Of a stretch of 64,000 bases of DNA, positions 25,231-38,801 are shown one piece after another; position 1 is the stretch's first letter, and each line of letters begins with the position of its first letter. The notes under the pieces are model-generated. The model did no database searches, was not told where the DNA came from, and worked only from the letters and a program-made list of their open reading frames with translations. The position numbers and the translations under genes are program-made. Source of the DNA: Mytilus californianus. Lineage: Eukaryota. The stretch covers positions 54,746,001 through 54,810,000 of the forward strand of contig NW_026262581.1 of the NCBI RefSeq assembly GCF_021869535.1, written 5' to 3'.

Positions 25231-26192
25231 TCCTTAAATAATTACATTGTTCTGATGAAATATATTTTTACTAGGCCAACCACCCGGATTGCAAACATAT
25301 CCCCCAACATGAACACATACAGTCGCCGAGTCTTTGCACTAAATTGTAATTTAAAATGCAGAATGTCCGGGAAATAACAAAACCTTACCTTTAAATATTT
25401 GGTTATACCAATAAAGAACCTGGGATCAAACAAAATGCCTTCAGCTTTTGAGACGATAATGCTACCTCAAAGACAGTTGTATATATTGTAATAAAGTTTC
25501 ATAAGTTCATTTTGAATTATTAAGTTTTCGATGCGCAGTCACAATGAATTTCAGTACGTATGTTGATGACAAAGAAATTATTTTTGAAATTGATCTTAAT
25601 AAGTTCGAAGATTTTGTTTTTTGTTATTGAAGATAGATATTCCGTCGTTTATGTATATACTTCTTGTTAATGCCGATCTGAATCCTGGTGTTGTTCCAGT
25701 TACGACTTCGGTTTCAGTCTTAACAAGGGATTCTGCTTTGCTTTTTTTTTGTTTGATCGACAGTACGCAGATTTACTTGGAAAGTGTTGAGCCTCCAGTA
25801 AACATATACGCGCGATGATTGATTGATATGAATGTTGGTTGCTTTACGTCCAGTGACAAATATTTCATGTATGTTAGCGACGCCCTTGTCGAGCTCAAAG
25901 TAGCACAGTTGTTTCCCATGGGAATGCAGAGAGTTACCTTCAATGGTGCAAGCTCCAGGGTAGATTACTTGCGGACTTTTGGGACAATGTCAAGAGTGCT
26001 AAAATACGAAAAATGTATGACAAATAGTAACACTTGATAAAAGAAACAAGTTTACATACCATAAATACTTGAACGCTGTATGTAAACTCATATTAACAGT
26101 AGGAATCCATTGCAGACGGAGTTGTGGAAATCTTGAGTTTTCATCAGTAACACTATTTTACGGAACGTGAAGTTTCTACGGTAAAACGTAGA

Positions 26193-26623
26193 TTGATTGA
26201 TTGATTGTTGGTTGCTTAACGTCCAGTGGCAAATATTTCATGCATATTCAGGACGAGAACAAGTTCACAATAAATACAATAGGTAGGTTCTGTAATAGAT
26301 TAAGGGATTAAGGTCGGAGAAATTTAGACTGCCACGGGAAATGAGGGTATATTGGATAGGGACAGAAATTTAGCCTTGCAACAGGTCACCTACGGACCCC
26401 TCAAAGAGTTGTTGCAAGGGTTCTTAACGTGCAAAGAACGTGGCACTTTCTTTACACGAGGCATCGGATTTAACGTCCCCATTCTGACCGGACGTGGCTG
26501 CAAATTTGTACATCCCGCACAGCCAAACGGACGCCCCACTTTAGCACGGGTTTTACTGCCGGTCGGAGGAAGACCAATGGTGACCATACTTCTATTCCCC
26601 AGTCACCCTTGGGGGGGGGGGGG
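26193..26623 (-). mobile_element. Young full-length SINE-like retroposon with (TCAA)n tail and 13-bp TSD
   Basis: TSD ggtaaaacgtaga at 26180-26192 and 26624-26636. About 4 substitutions relative to the 45584 copy. Confidence 0.9.
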
Positions 26624-28389
26624 GGTAAAACGTAGAAGAAATGAATTTCTTATATCGGTAAAGATTTGACACTTAGAATTACATTCTCTTATGTAATTGA
26701 GGTTTACTGATTTGTTTTTATTTTCTTGGTTCTTCCAAGTTACAATAAGTACAGTGTTACAGCTTGTGAATTTTCCAAGTACACTATCTATCTATTTTCC
26801 ATTTCTGTTTCATTTGATTGTGAATATGTCACATGATGAAATATTTGCCACTGGACATTTATCAAGCAAAAATCAATAGATCATTTATTTTGTATATTCC
26901 TAAAACTTGATGATACCATAGTCTAATGTACATATTCTTTTTGCACAACAAGATATGTTCACCTCAGTTTCGGAATTTTTAGTTGAAAATCGGACTAAAA
27001 AATCGTTCAAATAATAAAGGGGTGATGGTTAATTAATGAGGATATTTCTTATGGTGCCGTAATTTACTGAACATTTATTAAGGCAGTGACAAAATACTCA
27101 TGTAATTATAAATATTAGTTTGATAGTCCTAGAAGTGATGGCCAACCATAATAACTTTCCATGTTTACAAGTGTGAATTTTTTTTTTACCTAACTGTCAA
27201 TTATACTGGAGGAAGAGGGCCTAATTTGGAAATTCAACTCGTCAAAACAAATTCTCAATAAAGATTTTACAATTTCGTTACATATGGCGAGAAAAATGAC
27301 GGACGAAACTATTGACAGACACAGGAAGATACATGTAGTAAGCGGACTGAAAAATGAGATTAACGGAATATATGACACCATAACAGGCCAAGGAACATGA
27401 CATGCAGCGGGGAGTTGTAATAAAAGACGAACGGACCTACTTACATCTTATAATTCATTTAAAGAAAGAAGAACTGTTTAATCATCATGGAAGTCGAACT
27501 TGTAAATCATTTCAGAAATTTACTTTAAAATTATGTAATTCAATTGGATCAATGTAACAAAATTAAAAGATTGTAAAAAAAAAAGAAATAAGAAGGAAGC
27601 GTATTTATAAATTCAATTCTATTGACTTTATGATGTATTGTTTATTTTTAATTGTTACACCGAAGAAGAAAAAGGCCCTACAAGTCGGCATATATATACA
27701 TTATCTGACTGAATTATAAACATCAATGCATCAAAGATTAATAATGATAAAAAAAAAAAAAAAAAAAAAAAACAAACGAAAAATCGTCGACAGAAAGGAT
27801 CATTATAGATGGAAAGGTTAAAACTGATTTTGTTTCTAACCCTCCTCCTTGTTTAAACAAATAGAGCAAAAGCGCCTAATAGTCATTCAATTTACAAGGA
27901 AATAAACTTGAAAAATCTGGAGTAATTAAAAGTTAAGAAAGTATTCAACATATAATTTACCAGCAACATTCAGTGCAGGTAAAGTCCGCGTACAAAAAAG
28001 GATGAGGTACAAAATTGTTGATTTAATGAGTTTGAACATTGAAAATTCGGTTCGTCTACATTTTATCGGAAAAACGTCACGTTTCTTAATATAGCATTAC
28101 TGTTGTAAGATTAAAACAAGATTTCCACAACTCCGACTGCAAGGGATATCCTCCTGTTAATGTGAGTTTCCATACAGTGTGCAAGTATTTATGGTATGTA
28201 TATTGTTGATTTTATCAAGTTTTACCATTTGTTATACATTTTTCGTATTTAAGCACTCTGACATTGTCCCAATCGTCCCCGGGTAATCTACCGTGAGCTT
28301 GCACCATGGAAGCTAATGGAGAACGAGCTGCAATCAGTGACAACAGAAAAAAAATGAAAATAAGTCATTACGGCAAGGGCTGGACTAGG

Positions 28390-30280
28390 GTATACATGTG
28401 TAAAGGGTAGAAAAGTTTTAATACTATTGCAAGGGGAGAGACTCGGACTATATGAACTCTTATCAGATCTTTGGTATTCTTTAGTATCCAAACGAGTCAT
28501 GCTGCCCCTATAGTATGTAGTTTCACAATAACTTTGAAGCCAAGCTTTGATTGCTGATACATTTGATGTTAAAGAATTCGAAATAGGTTTCGTGGAGCTC
28601 TTGGAAGACACAGCAACGTTGTTTGTAATGCCATTTATTTAATTTAGGTATCCAATACAGTGAAGGAAGATTTAGTTTTTCATCTTTGGTTGACATAGCA
28701 AAGGAACATTGAACAGACAGGATTTCCTCCTCGAATTTCCAAGTGAGTTGTCGATATCTAATTTGTTATCAAGTTGTTTGTTTACATTGTTTACAGAATG
28801 CGATTTACACACACAACGATATTTATTGGGGCTTGGTTTAACTACGGGGACAATTACATATTTGCCATGGAAGTAGGACAGGTGTTTAGCATAATTTGAG
28901 TCTTAAAGATCTCTGTAGCATGTGAATTAATAGACTTATTCTGTTGTAGTGTTCTACTGTGTATGAACGACCTCGCAACCTTAATTCACGCAAATTGTGT
29001 AGGTCTTTTTCGAGCTTGGCATAATCTACGACTGAATACATCAATATTTTGAAGTAGTGCTTCCAATTGATGGATTTATTGATTGATTGTTGAATGCTTA
29101 ACGTCCAGTGGCAAATACTTAGTATATCATGCATGTTCAGACTGCCACCGGAAAAATGAGGGTACATCGGATAGGGACAGAAATTTTGCCTTGCAACAGG
29201 TCCCTCAAATAATTGTTACAAGGGTTTTAAACGTGCAGAGAGCATACACTCTCTACGCAAGGCATCGTATTTAACGTCCCCATTCTGACCGGGCGTGGCT
29301 GCATACTGGTATATCCCGCAGAGCCAAACGAACGCCTCACTTTGGCAATGGTTTTACTGCCAGTCAGAAGACCTGTAGTGACCATGTTGCTATTCCTAAG
29401 TCACCTTTGTGGTTATGATGTGATGGATTTTGACTCACGATATCCCAGGCCTGGATTCTGCAACACGTGCTTGTAATTGAAATTTTCAGTTGCATTCGGT
29501 TTTGTATAGGTATGATAGGTACAGATTGATCTTTAAAGTAGGAAGGTATTTTCCGAGTGGACTGATTTATGATGAAGGGTATTGCCAAAGTTGATTGCAT
29601 AGAGACCTTTGTTGGCAAAGAAATAGTTTAGAAAGAAACTTTTCTCCTTTTATAATGCAAACCGGTCCAAAAAGTCTATGACTGGCACTATGCGAGATTA
29701 TAGCTGTAAGATTGAATTCGTTTGAACTGGGGGTTGTAACGGTGATTTCCAAACATACGTTGTATAGATAATGAAGTTTTGAAAGGGGGTAGTGAATGTA
29801 ATAAATACCCAACAGCTCTTGTATAAATGGCAGAAGGTCATTAATAGAGATCATGGCGAAAAGGTAATGTAAAATGACGATGACCATGACTGTGTCTACG
29901 TCGAGGGGCGGAGCGGAGCGGAGTTGAAAATATTGCTCACATTCACCGAGCTACATGAAGGACTAGATATATATTTCGTCATTGAACCCATATGATGTCG
30001 CAGTTCCCAATTCAAGTAGTCTTCCTTTTGTCTACGGAGAATAGCAGTAGCATTTTGAGGACTATTAGTCCTGTGGAATATGATGAAAACTCGTATAGAA
30101 AGGATTAAATGATAAAAATGATTAAAATACTGGTAAACAATGACATTTCCACTGCTGGAAATGCCCAATGTTTGGTCGAGCAAAATTTTATTTCTCGCGT
30201 TTAACCGACATATACAAATCCGCAAAGGTTACAATCTAATCCAGACGATATTTGTTAATTTAAAAAATATAATCATCGTA
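28390..30280 (-). mobile_element. Decayed Penelope-like element with N-terminal GIY-YIG endonuclease followed by RT
   Basis: Minus strand reads CNLCGFVYVG*T (~30200-30235), GNVIVYQYFNH...FHRTNSP...RRQKEDY, the linker LPLSKLH / KIPSYFKDQSVPII, and RT N-terminal LPSLYWIPKL...STKP...SAIKA.LQSYCE...SIKTF. Interrupted by a SINE-like copy at 29068-29410. Confidence 0.75.
29068..29410 (-). mobile_element. SINE-like retroposon copy (older, with deletions)
   Basis: Homologous to the 26193-26623 copy, including the gattgattg tail and ggtgac...gtcac head. Confidence 0.8.
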
Positions 30281-31239
30281 GCTTCAGGTAGAGTTAGGTG
30301 TTCTTGTAGTAGGACTGTACACAGCTGGGTGCGAACAATATTGCTTTTGTTATTGGTGTGCCGATATGATTATGTCGTATTCGATGTATTTGTCATATCT
30401 GGTGATACCTGCCATATTAGAAGACAGTGAGTCAATGATGACAACTGTTTCGGACCTTTTGCTTCTGGACGACGTCCGAGCCAGTATTTAGATAGATTTT
30501 CGGACTTTTATGCATTGAATGGTACTGGGCGGATACGTTCCCGGGGACAAGATAATACAGTTAATTTGGTGGTAACTTGCATGTCGTTTGGTACTTTGTG
30601 ATTGTTTATCTAATTTGCCATACGACTGAAAATTCAGTCATAAACTTAATCTAAATCTTGAAATTTATACATTTAAAATGAGTTTGTTTAAACGCAAGAA
30701 AATTTCTTATCCATATCCTTAACACTCTTTCTGCCTGAGGAACACATATGTCTATATTTTTAATTATGAAATTTTCTATTTATTGCTTTATCTCTTCCAG
30801 ATAAAACACATTAAAGGGAAATCACACTATTGTTTATACGCATCGCTCTCGGCGCCGCTATAGTGTCGTGACCGTATTATGACGTCGCCGTTTCGAGTCC
30901 GTCGTAAAGGTTGCTAATTTCTAAAATGGCGGCCCGCTCAAAGGGAAATGCAAATGACGTTTTGATTTAAGTGCAAAAAATGAAAATGCTACTCGAAACG
31001 GACAAAATGTATGGCAAAAAAATAGCCGAAAGTGGTCTTGATATGGTCTTGAATTACCTTACGATTTGGTTTAATTCAAATGAGTTACTCTTTTTAAATA
31101 AAGATATTATTATTATTATTATTATTGCGTTAGTATTTACATACAATACCATTTATACAATTATTTTTCTTAAAGGTTTATTAATTTCACCGAAAAATAT
31201 TGTTAGATATGAGAAATATCAACATTTTTTGTTGATCTG

Positions 31240-31690
31240 GTCTTTATTATTTGTAGCGAAATCCGTCAGCTCAACTTTTTTTTGTAGAAAAACTTTTTTT
31301 ATTTACTGTAAAGTTTATATTTTCATATATTAACAAATTTTTTGATCTCGCAGATTTCTTAGTTTCACGAAGAAAAAAAATATTTAAAAACAAAAGAGAT
31401 ATTAATAACACTTTTTATCGATAATTTCAGTATAATCAAAGCGTGCATCGGCGAATGTGAAATCCGTCCGGTCAACTTTTTTTTTTAGAAAAACATTTTG
31501 TTTTACTATGAAGTTTAAATTTTCATAAAAGATAACTATTAATCTCGCAGATTTCTTAGTTTTGGAAAAAAATATTGTAAAACAAAAGAGATATTACTAG
31601 TAACATTTTTTGTCGACCAGTTCAATATTGTAAAGCGTACATCAGTGAGTGTGAAATCCGTCCGGTCAACTTTTTTTTGTTAGATTTTCA
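31240..31690. repeat. ~200-bp tandem repeat, ~2.3 units
   Basis: gaaatccgtc(c/a)g(g/c)tcaacttttt at ~31259, ~31460 and ~31653. Confidence 0.8.
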
Positions 31691-33249
31691 TAAAATATAG
31701 TCTAATAACAAAAAAGTTCTGACTATTTATATCGCATCCGGTCAATACGGGCAATTGTCCTGTCATTAGTGTAACCCAACTGTTGGCAGCGTATCGTCGC
31801 GATGCGATATGTTGGAATATACTGGTAAAAATAACAATATACCAGGAGTAACAGCATGTAAGCGTACAGCTTCCGGAATTTGTAGTTTTCTGTCCAACAG
31901 AGGGATGTAAATAAGAACAATGAGTTTCGATGTTCCTTTGGTGTCAAACGCCCCTCTCTCTCTCTATCTCTGTTTCTTTTTTTTTTTGGGGAAGTGGGGT
32001 ATGGGGGGCACAAACACATGAACACGAGTGATTCGTAGAGTAATCATATTTGTTGAAATATCAAACGTTATTTAAGAATAACGCCAGTTAAACATCACTG
32101 TAAAAGAAGCATACAAAATTTTACATCGGTTTCTGGCTGTCAAAATCAAAGAAAATTTAGCACCGTATTATATAGTACATTATACGCAATCTTCCTTTAA
32201 TGCTTTGTACAGGCTTACATAATTTGGGCACCAAAAAAAATCATATTTTGTAGTATTTCTTTATACAGTCAATTATAGCGAACTGTACGATCAGCAAGTT
32301 AAAAAATAAGGCCGCTAGACGTCAGAGCAATCTGGGAATATCAAACACTATGCCTAGTTATTTTTGTACTATTGATGACCGTACTGCCTACAACAACAAC
32401 AAAAAATCCACACTGTATATTTGGCTTTACAAGACTCCAACAAGAGAAATATTTAACACATACACATGTATTTATGTAGAGTAACATGTCTTTCAGAGTG
32501 CTAATCTGTAACCATCACATTAAGGTCCGTCTTATGAAAGAGTATTCATCTCATATAGAAAAAAAATTTGTGCTGATATTCATGTAATATTTGCCACTGA
32601 AAGTTTTGCAAAAATCAAGAAAAAAACGAAAACAACAACAAAACAAAAACTAGTAATTCAGATGTAGGTTCGTGTTCAGATCACTCAATGTGATCACTTA
32701 CCTGTCAACAAACAGTGATATAGGGAGATTCTCAGATTCCGAACATGACTGTAAAGGACAACCATTTGTTTAATACAAAGGTAGCTGATTTACTCTTGAT
32801 ACCTTGGTTCTTTAAAAAAAAACGGCCAACATCATATAGCAGAGTGCTGAAAGTGGCACACACAATCAATCAGTTATTTTCAAATTACCTATCATTTATC
32901 AGTTTTGGCAAAAAAAGTATATAGGCTATACCATACTGAAACATAAATGTGATAAAAGAATATACAACTCAAGTAAGAGAGGTGCACCAACAGAATATAG
33001 AAACTGCAATCTTTCTTTTAATTTCATCCGATCTCAGATCTCAAAATTTTAACTCTTACCAGAATTTATTCTATCTTACAGTATAACTCGGAAGTTTCTA
33101 AGTGGAACTCGAGCTTTAACTAGAACTCTTACTCGAATAAACATTCGAACTAAAAATAAAACTGGAACTTTAACTCTAAATTTAGCTGGAACTGGAACTC
33201 TTATTCTACATCAAAGGTTATCCACACTCTTATTTGTCATCTGATAAAA

Positions 33250-34110
33250 AAATTCGTAAGGGTTCCACGGAACCCAGTGTCTCGCCTACTTTTGCTGTTA
33301 ATCGCAGGCTCAACAAAAATGAGGAAAAAAATCAATAAAAATATTCCTCTCGATACTATCTTTTGATTATAAGAAGCTTCTGTCCAAGCCGTTTGGTATA
33401 AACCTAGGATAGTTTATGGATCTAAAAAATGTTTTAAAAACTTTAACTGCATACTGTATGTAATGTTAACTGGAAGAAAAACTAAGTCCATTTATAAGTA
33501 AAATACGGATAAACAGGTACAAAATTTTGACAAAATTTCCTTCGAGATACAAGCTTTTGATCATAAACAAGCTTCTGTCCAAGTTTGGTACATATCCAGG
33601 ATAGTTTAAGAAAGTTATTGAAATCTTAAAAACTTTAACCACAGAGTGAATGTATTGTTTCCTGGCAGAAAAACTAAGTCAATTTATAAGTAAAAAACGG
33701 AAAAAATAGATTTTTTTTACAAAATTTACTTCTGGATACTATCTTATGATCATAAACAAGCTTCTGACAAAGTTTGGTACAAATCCAGGATAGTTTAAGA
33801 AAGTTATTAAAAATTTAAAAACTCTAACCACAGAGTAAATGTATTGTTTCCTGGCAGAAAAACTAAGTCCATTTATAAGTCAAATATGGAAAAACAGGAA
33901 TTTTATTTTTACAAAATTTACTTCTGGATACTATCTTGTGATCATAAACAAGCTTCTGTCCAAGTTTGGTAGAAATCCAGGATAGTTTAAGAAAGTTATT
34001 AAAACTTCAAAAACTTTAATCACAGAGTGAATATTTGTGGACGACGCCGACGACGGAATGTAGGATCGCTATGTCTCGCTTTTTCGACTTTAGTCGAAGG
34101 CTCGACAAAA
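33250..34110 (+). mobile_element. HINE nested in the Kolobok-like element, with a ~190-bp array
   Basis: Units cataaacaagcttctg at 33562, 33751 and 33943 (degenerate at 33368). gacgacgccgacgac microsatellite, then terminal hairpin ttcgact-tt-agtcgaa and an A-run. Confidence 0.7.
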
Positions 34111-36681
34111 AAACTAGAGTTAGATAAAATATATCGACATGTCCACAGAAACACGGATAGATGTAGCAGAACAAGAAAAAAAAAACTAGATCCGTTTATT
34201 ACAAATTAAAAGATTTTTTTAAATACATCAACTGGGAACATTATATGTTCCTGATTTCAATATGGCGATGTGTATTTCACTGTCAATTAACTCTAAATTA
34301 TCAGATTCATTGTATTTCTCATAACATACCAACGTTGAGCGATTAATCGAACGGTAATAAAATATACGTAATACATAAAGTTTTAATACACAGGCGATGA
34401 ACGTTGAACATATTATGTACAATGAACATGAAACGATGTATGAAAAATGGGTGCGGGTTGATAGAACTCAGAAAAAAATTTGGTTTCCACAGTTCGAATA
34501 AATTATGAAGCGTTGTGTAATTACGGAACCAATTTTAAATTCCTACCGAAAATAGGTTTCTTTTAACGTGCTGAGTTTGTGGCATTTTTAACACGGCATT
34601 TCAGGTTTTATCTTCCCGGTGCGAATGTGAAATTATGGTAACGAAATTATTCTGCCTGCAGTCTAAAAGGAACGTGTTACTTTTCAGCCCGGATACCCTC
34701 AGTCTTCCGAGGTAGAAGATTCTTTATCTGGAAGCCGAAAATTATTTCTATAATACGGCATGAAGCAAACATTCGTTTTCCCCATACAACAAATGCAATT
34801 TAAAAAATGAGATGACTTTATTACTTTTATAATAAACTGTTCAGTATTGTATCTATGTTTAACGATTCGATAGATTGATAAAGATATCAATGAATAATCA
34901 AAATACCTTAAAAAATTTTCAAAAATGATATTATATTTTGTAGTGAAAAGGTTTAATTCAACCCAAGCGTTGCAAGAAATGCTGTTATGCCAGCAACGTC
35001 GTTCTATAACGTTAAAAGGTTATAGTTCCCGCCAAAATTCAATAATAAAGATTATTTCCGTTTTAGCGGATTTAAAACATCGGTGACCCCCCTTTTTTAT
35101 TTATGCTTTTAAAATCTTCCCTGAAGCTACAACTTATGCAGAAGTTTGAAGGGAAAAATATCAGTAGATTTTTTTTATTTCAAGAAAAATCTATTATAAA
35201 TAGCAATTAAAAATGGCGGGAAATGTTCAAATGCCTTCAAAAATAAGGAAACCGAGACAAATAAATGTTAATTAGGTACAAGTTACATTTGACTGTTTTT
35301 GTTATTCCAGTTAAACATGGTTTTTCAATAAGTTTGTCTTTTCTTAACAATTTAGAGCGGTATTTCTATATTTCGTTATAACGCGATTCTTTAAGTTTTG
35401 ATGACGTCATATCTCTAAAACAACATTGGTGACCCCAATTTTTTTTTCGCCTAAAATATCTTAATAAGTATGATCTGTCTACATGCAAAATTTCAATGAA
35501 TTATTATTAGTAGTATAAATAGTGTGATTTCCCTTTAAACCGTAAAATATTTTTCTTCAAAGGGTCCCCAATGCAACGTCATTAAGTCGTCAGTGCTGGA
35601 GTGTTGGGCATGTGACGTCACAAAAAAAGAAAACAACACTATATAAATTTAATGCGTCCGAAGCGCTTTCCATGTTATCCATTCGTTTGATGTGTTTGAG
35701 CTTTTGATTTTTCCATTTGATTAGGGACTTTCCTTTTTGAATTTTCTTCGGAGTTCAGTAGTTTTGTGATTTTACTTTTTCCTGGATTTACATTTATCAA
35801 CTTAACGTGAGGGTACCCAAATTGCACCTATTTTGACAGTTTTTCCACCTACGTTTTTTTATGATCCAGACAAAAGTTTCCATTATGTGTTTATTTTGTA
35901 GATGTATCCTTATTTACTTTATAAGTTACACCAATTTAATTTTGAATCCATTTTGAATCATAGAAAAAAGGGTGTGAACCGACCTCCAAACGATCCGTGA
36001 TTCTGTAATGAGGAGTACCCAAATTGAATAACAGATGTTTTGTCTTATTTCTTGAAATATTTAGAACAATTTGACAAGTCTTGTGAACGTCGCATGCATG
36101 GCGACGTTCATTAGATTTTACTTTTTCCAGTGATTACACCATCTGTTGATATATACTGGAACGCTTTGTGTATTTTTAAATATATCTACCTATATTAAAA
36201 GATGTGTATAATGTCAAATCATAAAAATACAAAGTGTTTAGTCTCAAAGAAAACTTGTAAGATTTCCGCTGCTATTTTTGCTAAATAGGTGCAATTTGGG
36301 TACTCGGTGCAATTTGGGTACTGTGACGTTAAATCTTGTAAAACATTTCCGATGTACCCTTGTGCATGGGTCAATACAATAAGTTCACAAGATCTGCCTT
36401 AACTATTGATGCAATTTTTAATTTATCTCATTACATTCCGTTCTTTTAACGAATCCATTTTTAATTGTTGATAATTTTTTTGTGTTATACTGGTTTACCT
36501 CAAATGACTGTACTTGTTTTATACTCATTGTTACAGTTCTCTGTTATCTAGTTTGCCTATTCTCTGTATTTTTAAGACGATCAGCTAGTATAGACGTGTC
36601 GAGTATACCTATAACTTAAAATCTATGGGTAACTACATGAAAGCAAAATTAATTTTTACCACTTAGGTTGTTTTTTTCTAG

Positions 36682-36799
36682 AGGGGTAACCGCGGTGGAT
36701 CAATTGTTTCTGTCAGTAACAGAGAAATATCTGCCCAGCCACAGAACAACTGCTCAAACGATCAAGTGATCATTCAACAGAAGGATCAGTATGAAACTT
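36682..36799 (+). other. Candidate orphan host exon (118 nt)
   Basis: Acceptor gttgtttttttctag and donor GTAAGT. Exactly one frame is open: RGNRGGSIVSVSNREISAQPQNNCSNDQVIIQQKDQYET. Confidence 0.35.
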
Positions 36800-37119
36800 G
36801 TAAGTTAAATAACCATTTACTTTTGTATCCAGATTTCACTTAGCTTAATTCATAAATGAAGCATACTCCACATGGCAAATATTTATTTATACATACCATA
36901 AAATCAATTCTTCTATATAGTACAGAAATCCATTAAATTCTTCTCTATATGTATAACTGTACACCCCTGGGTAGGCTTTGTGTTAAGTATATGTAGTTTG
37001 GGGCACCTAGAGTCCTGATGTATAATTGTGACGGCACATCCAAATAACTATTATTCAAACCTGACTGCAATTATGTTTTATTTTTAATAAAAGTCTTATT
37101 TAGTGGTCCCTTGTTATTA

Positions 37120-37780
37120 TACCACACGGAACGGGAACATTGTTACGTAGGGTATAATATTTTTGAGTTATGCCCCTTTGAACATAGAATTTTGATCCTA
37201 ATATTCTACTGCAACAGTTTGTCATTTCAACTCCTCTGAAACCACAACAGAATTTCATGAAACTTTATAGATAGTTAGGATATACTATGAAGATGGGCCT
37301 ATCGACAGGAAATTATGATTCAATATTTTTTCTAGGGGTTGTGATTCTTAACACTTAAAAGTTTTGCCTGAATATAATACTGCAACAGTTTGTCATCTCA
37401 ACTCCTCTGAAAACACAAAACAAAATTTCATGAAACTTTGTAAATAATAAGGACACACTATATTGATGTGCATATTGACAGGAAATTATGAAATTATGAT
37501 TCATTTTTATGCATCTTTGAATTTACAAATTTGGTCTGAATATATTACTGCAACAGTTTGTCATCTCAACTGCTCTAAAATCATGCCACAGAGTTTCATG
37601 AAACTTTGTAGATAATAAGGACATAATATGTAGATGTGCATACCCACAAGAAATTTTATCAGTAGACTTTTGTAGTAATTATCAGTCTTTTAACTTGGGA
37701 ATATGGTGAGATTATGTTTGCCAAGTGACAATGTGGGGACGTGGGGTATGTAAGCGTGCTCACAAAGGTTCTTTAATTAT
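37120..37780 (+). mobile_element. HINE-like element with a ~170-bp array
   Basis: Units tactgcaacagtttgtcat at ~37207, ~37378 and ~37546. 5' tatacc...ggtata and 3' gtaagc-gt-gctcac hairpin-like end. Same family as 59608-60040. Confidence 0.6.
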
Positions 37781-38801
37781 CCTTGTTATAAATGTCGATG
37801 TGATGGGGAATAATTGCATATTTACAATAAAAAAATACACCGGGCCAACTGGTATCCGTTTCTTGTCCTTATTTCCCATATAAATTATGTTCGTTCATTT
37901 GCTAAGTATAAAAATATAATAAATCTTCACACCTTAACTGTTTTGACTTTTCTTTTGCAAATATATTCTGGTGAATAGTTTGGTATAAGTGTAATTACCC
38001 GCCACTGCAGCCATTCGCCATATTACTGGTGTGGCGATTTCCTCGACTTGTATATAATATATTTAAATAACGACGAAACGCCATAGCAGACGAAATTCTC
38101 AGTCAGTCAGGTGACTTTGTTTACATTGGTGATCGATATCGATCATTCTGAAAATCAATAAACTTCGATTAACTTCTGATGATTCACTGAGAACATAACC
38201 AATGCTTCATGACGTTACACGTTAAAATTGAGGCATTCTGTTTAACTTTGACTAAATTCTCCAATATACCAAACACTCTGCAAAATAGTTGGTTTTACTG
38301 GCTGACTTGGTAACTAATGTAACTACGGGTTCAATTAAGGTACTATGAACTCCTCCTACATGGTGGGTAATCTTTCCAAATAATTGGCCCCTTGCAGTAG
38401 ATACCTTTTGTAAGAATTGCTGACAATTAACATCATCTTATTTTTCAAGAGCATCTTCAAAGATTGTATCGTCTTTTTAATATAACCAGGGATTGGACTA
38501 TTGTGACGCTCCTGTTCGAGCATTATGAGGCTTAAATATTGTTACTGTGTTAACAAGAGATACAGGATCAACCTTGGTAGCAGGCCTATTAATAACTGGT
38601 AATTGAACTGCAATGGCAACTTGCAAAAAACCTGGTAGCCTAACTGAGCAATGTATACACTGGTTTTCGTAGCAAAATAAATTATAACAAAACAGTTATT
38701 AGTTTCAACAATGCCTATTCAGTAAGTCATCAATATCAATACACATAAATAAATGCCCCCAGATCGAGAAAATAGTACAGGCGTTTTTCGTTGTGTGTAT
38801 G

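Larger units (their letters stand above)
30815..35534. mobile_element. Kolobok-like non-autonomous DNA transposon (4720 bp)
   Basis: TTAA at 30811-30814 and 35535-35538. Perfect 17-bp TIR agggaaatcacactatt / aatagtgtgatttccct, i.e. RR...YY termini. CpG-rich subterminal regions; no transposase seen. Confidence 0.8.

Noticed and set aside
26560-26623. HDV-like ribozyme at the SINE head
   Set aside because: Only 15 nt separate the candidate P1 strands, too few for P2/P3/L3, and no P1.1 GG follows.
26352-26669. ~105-aa ORFs here and at 45742-46053
   Set aside because: Incidental antisense frames in two near-identical SINE-like copies.
27195-27410. ~70-codon open frame (ILEEEGLIWKF...HMARKMTDETIDRHRK)
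   Set aside because: No start or splice context and no recognisable family.
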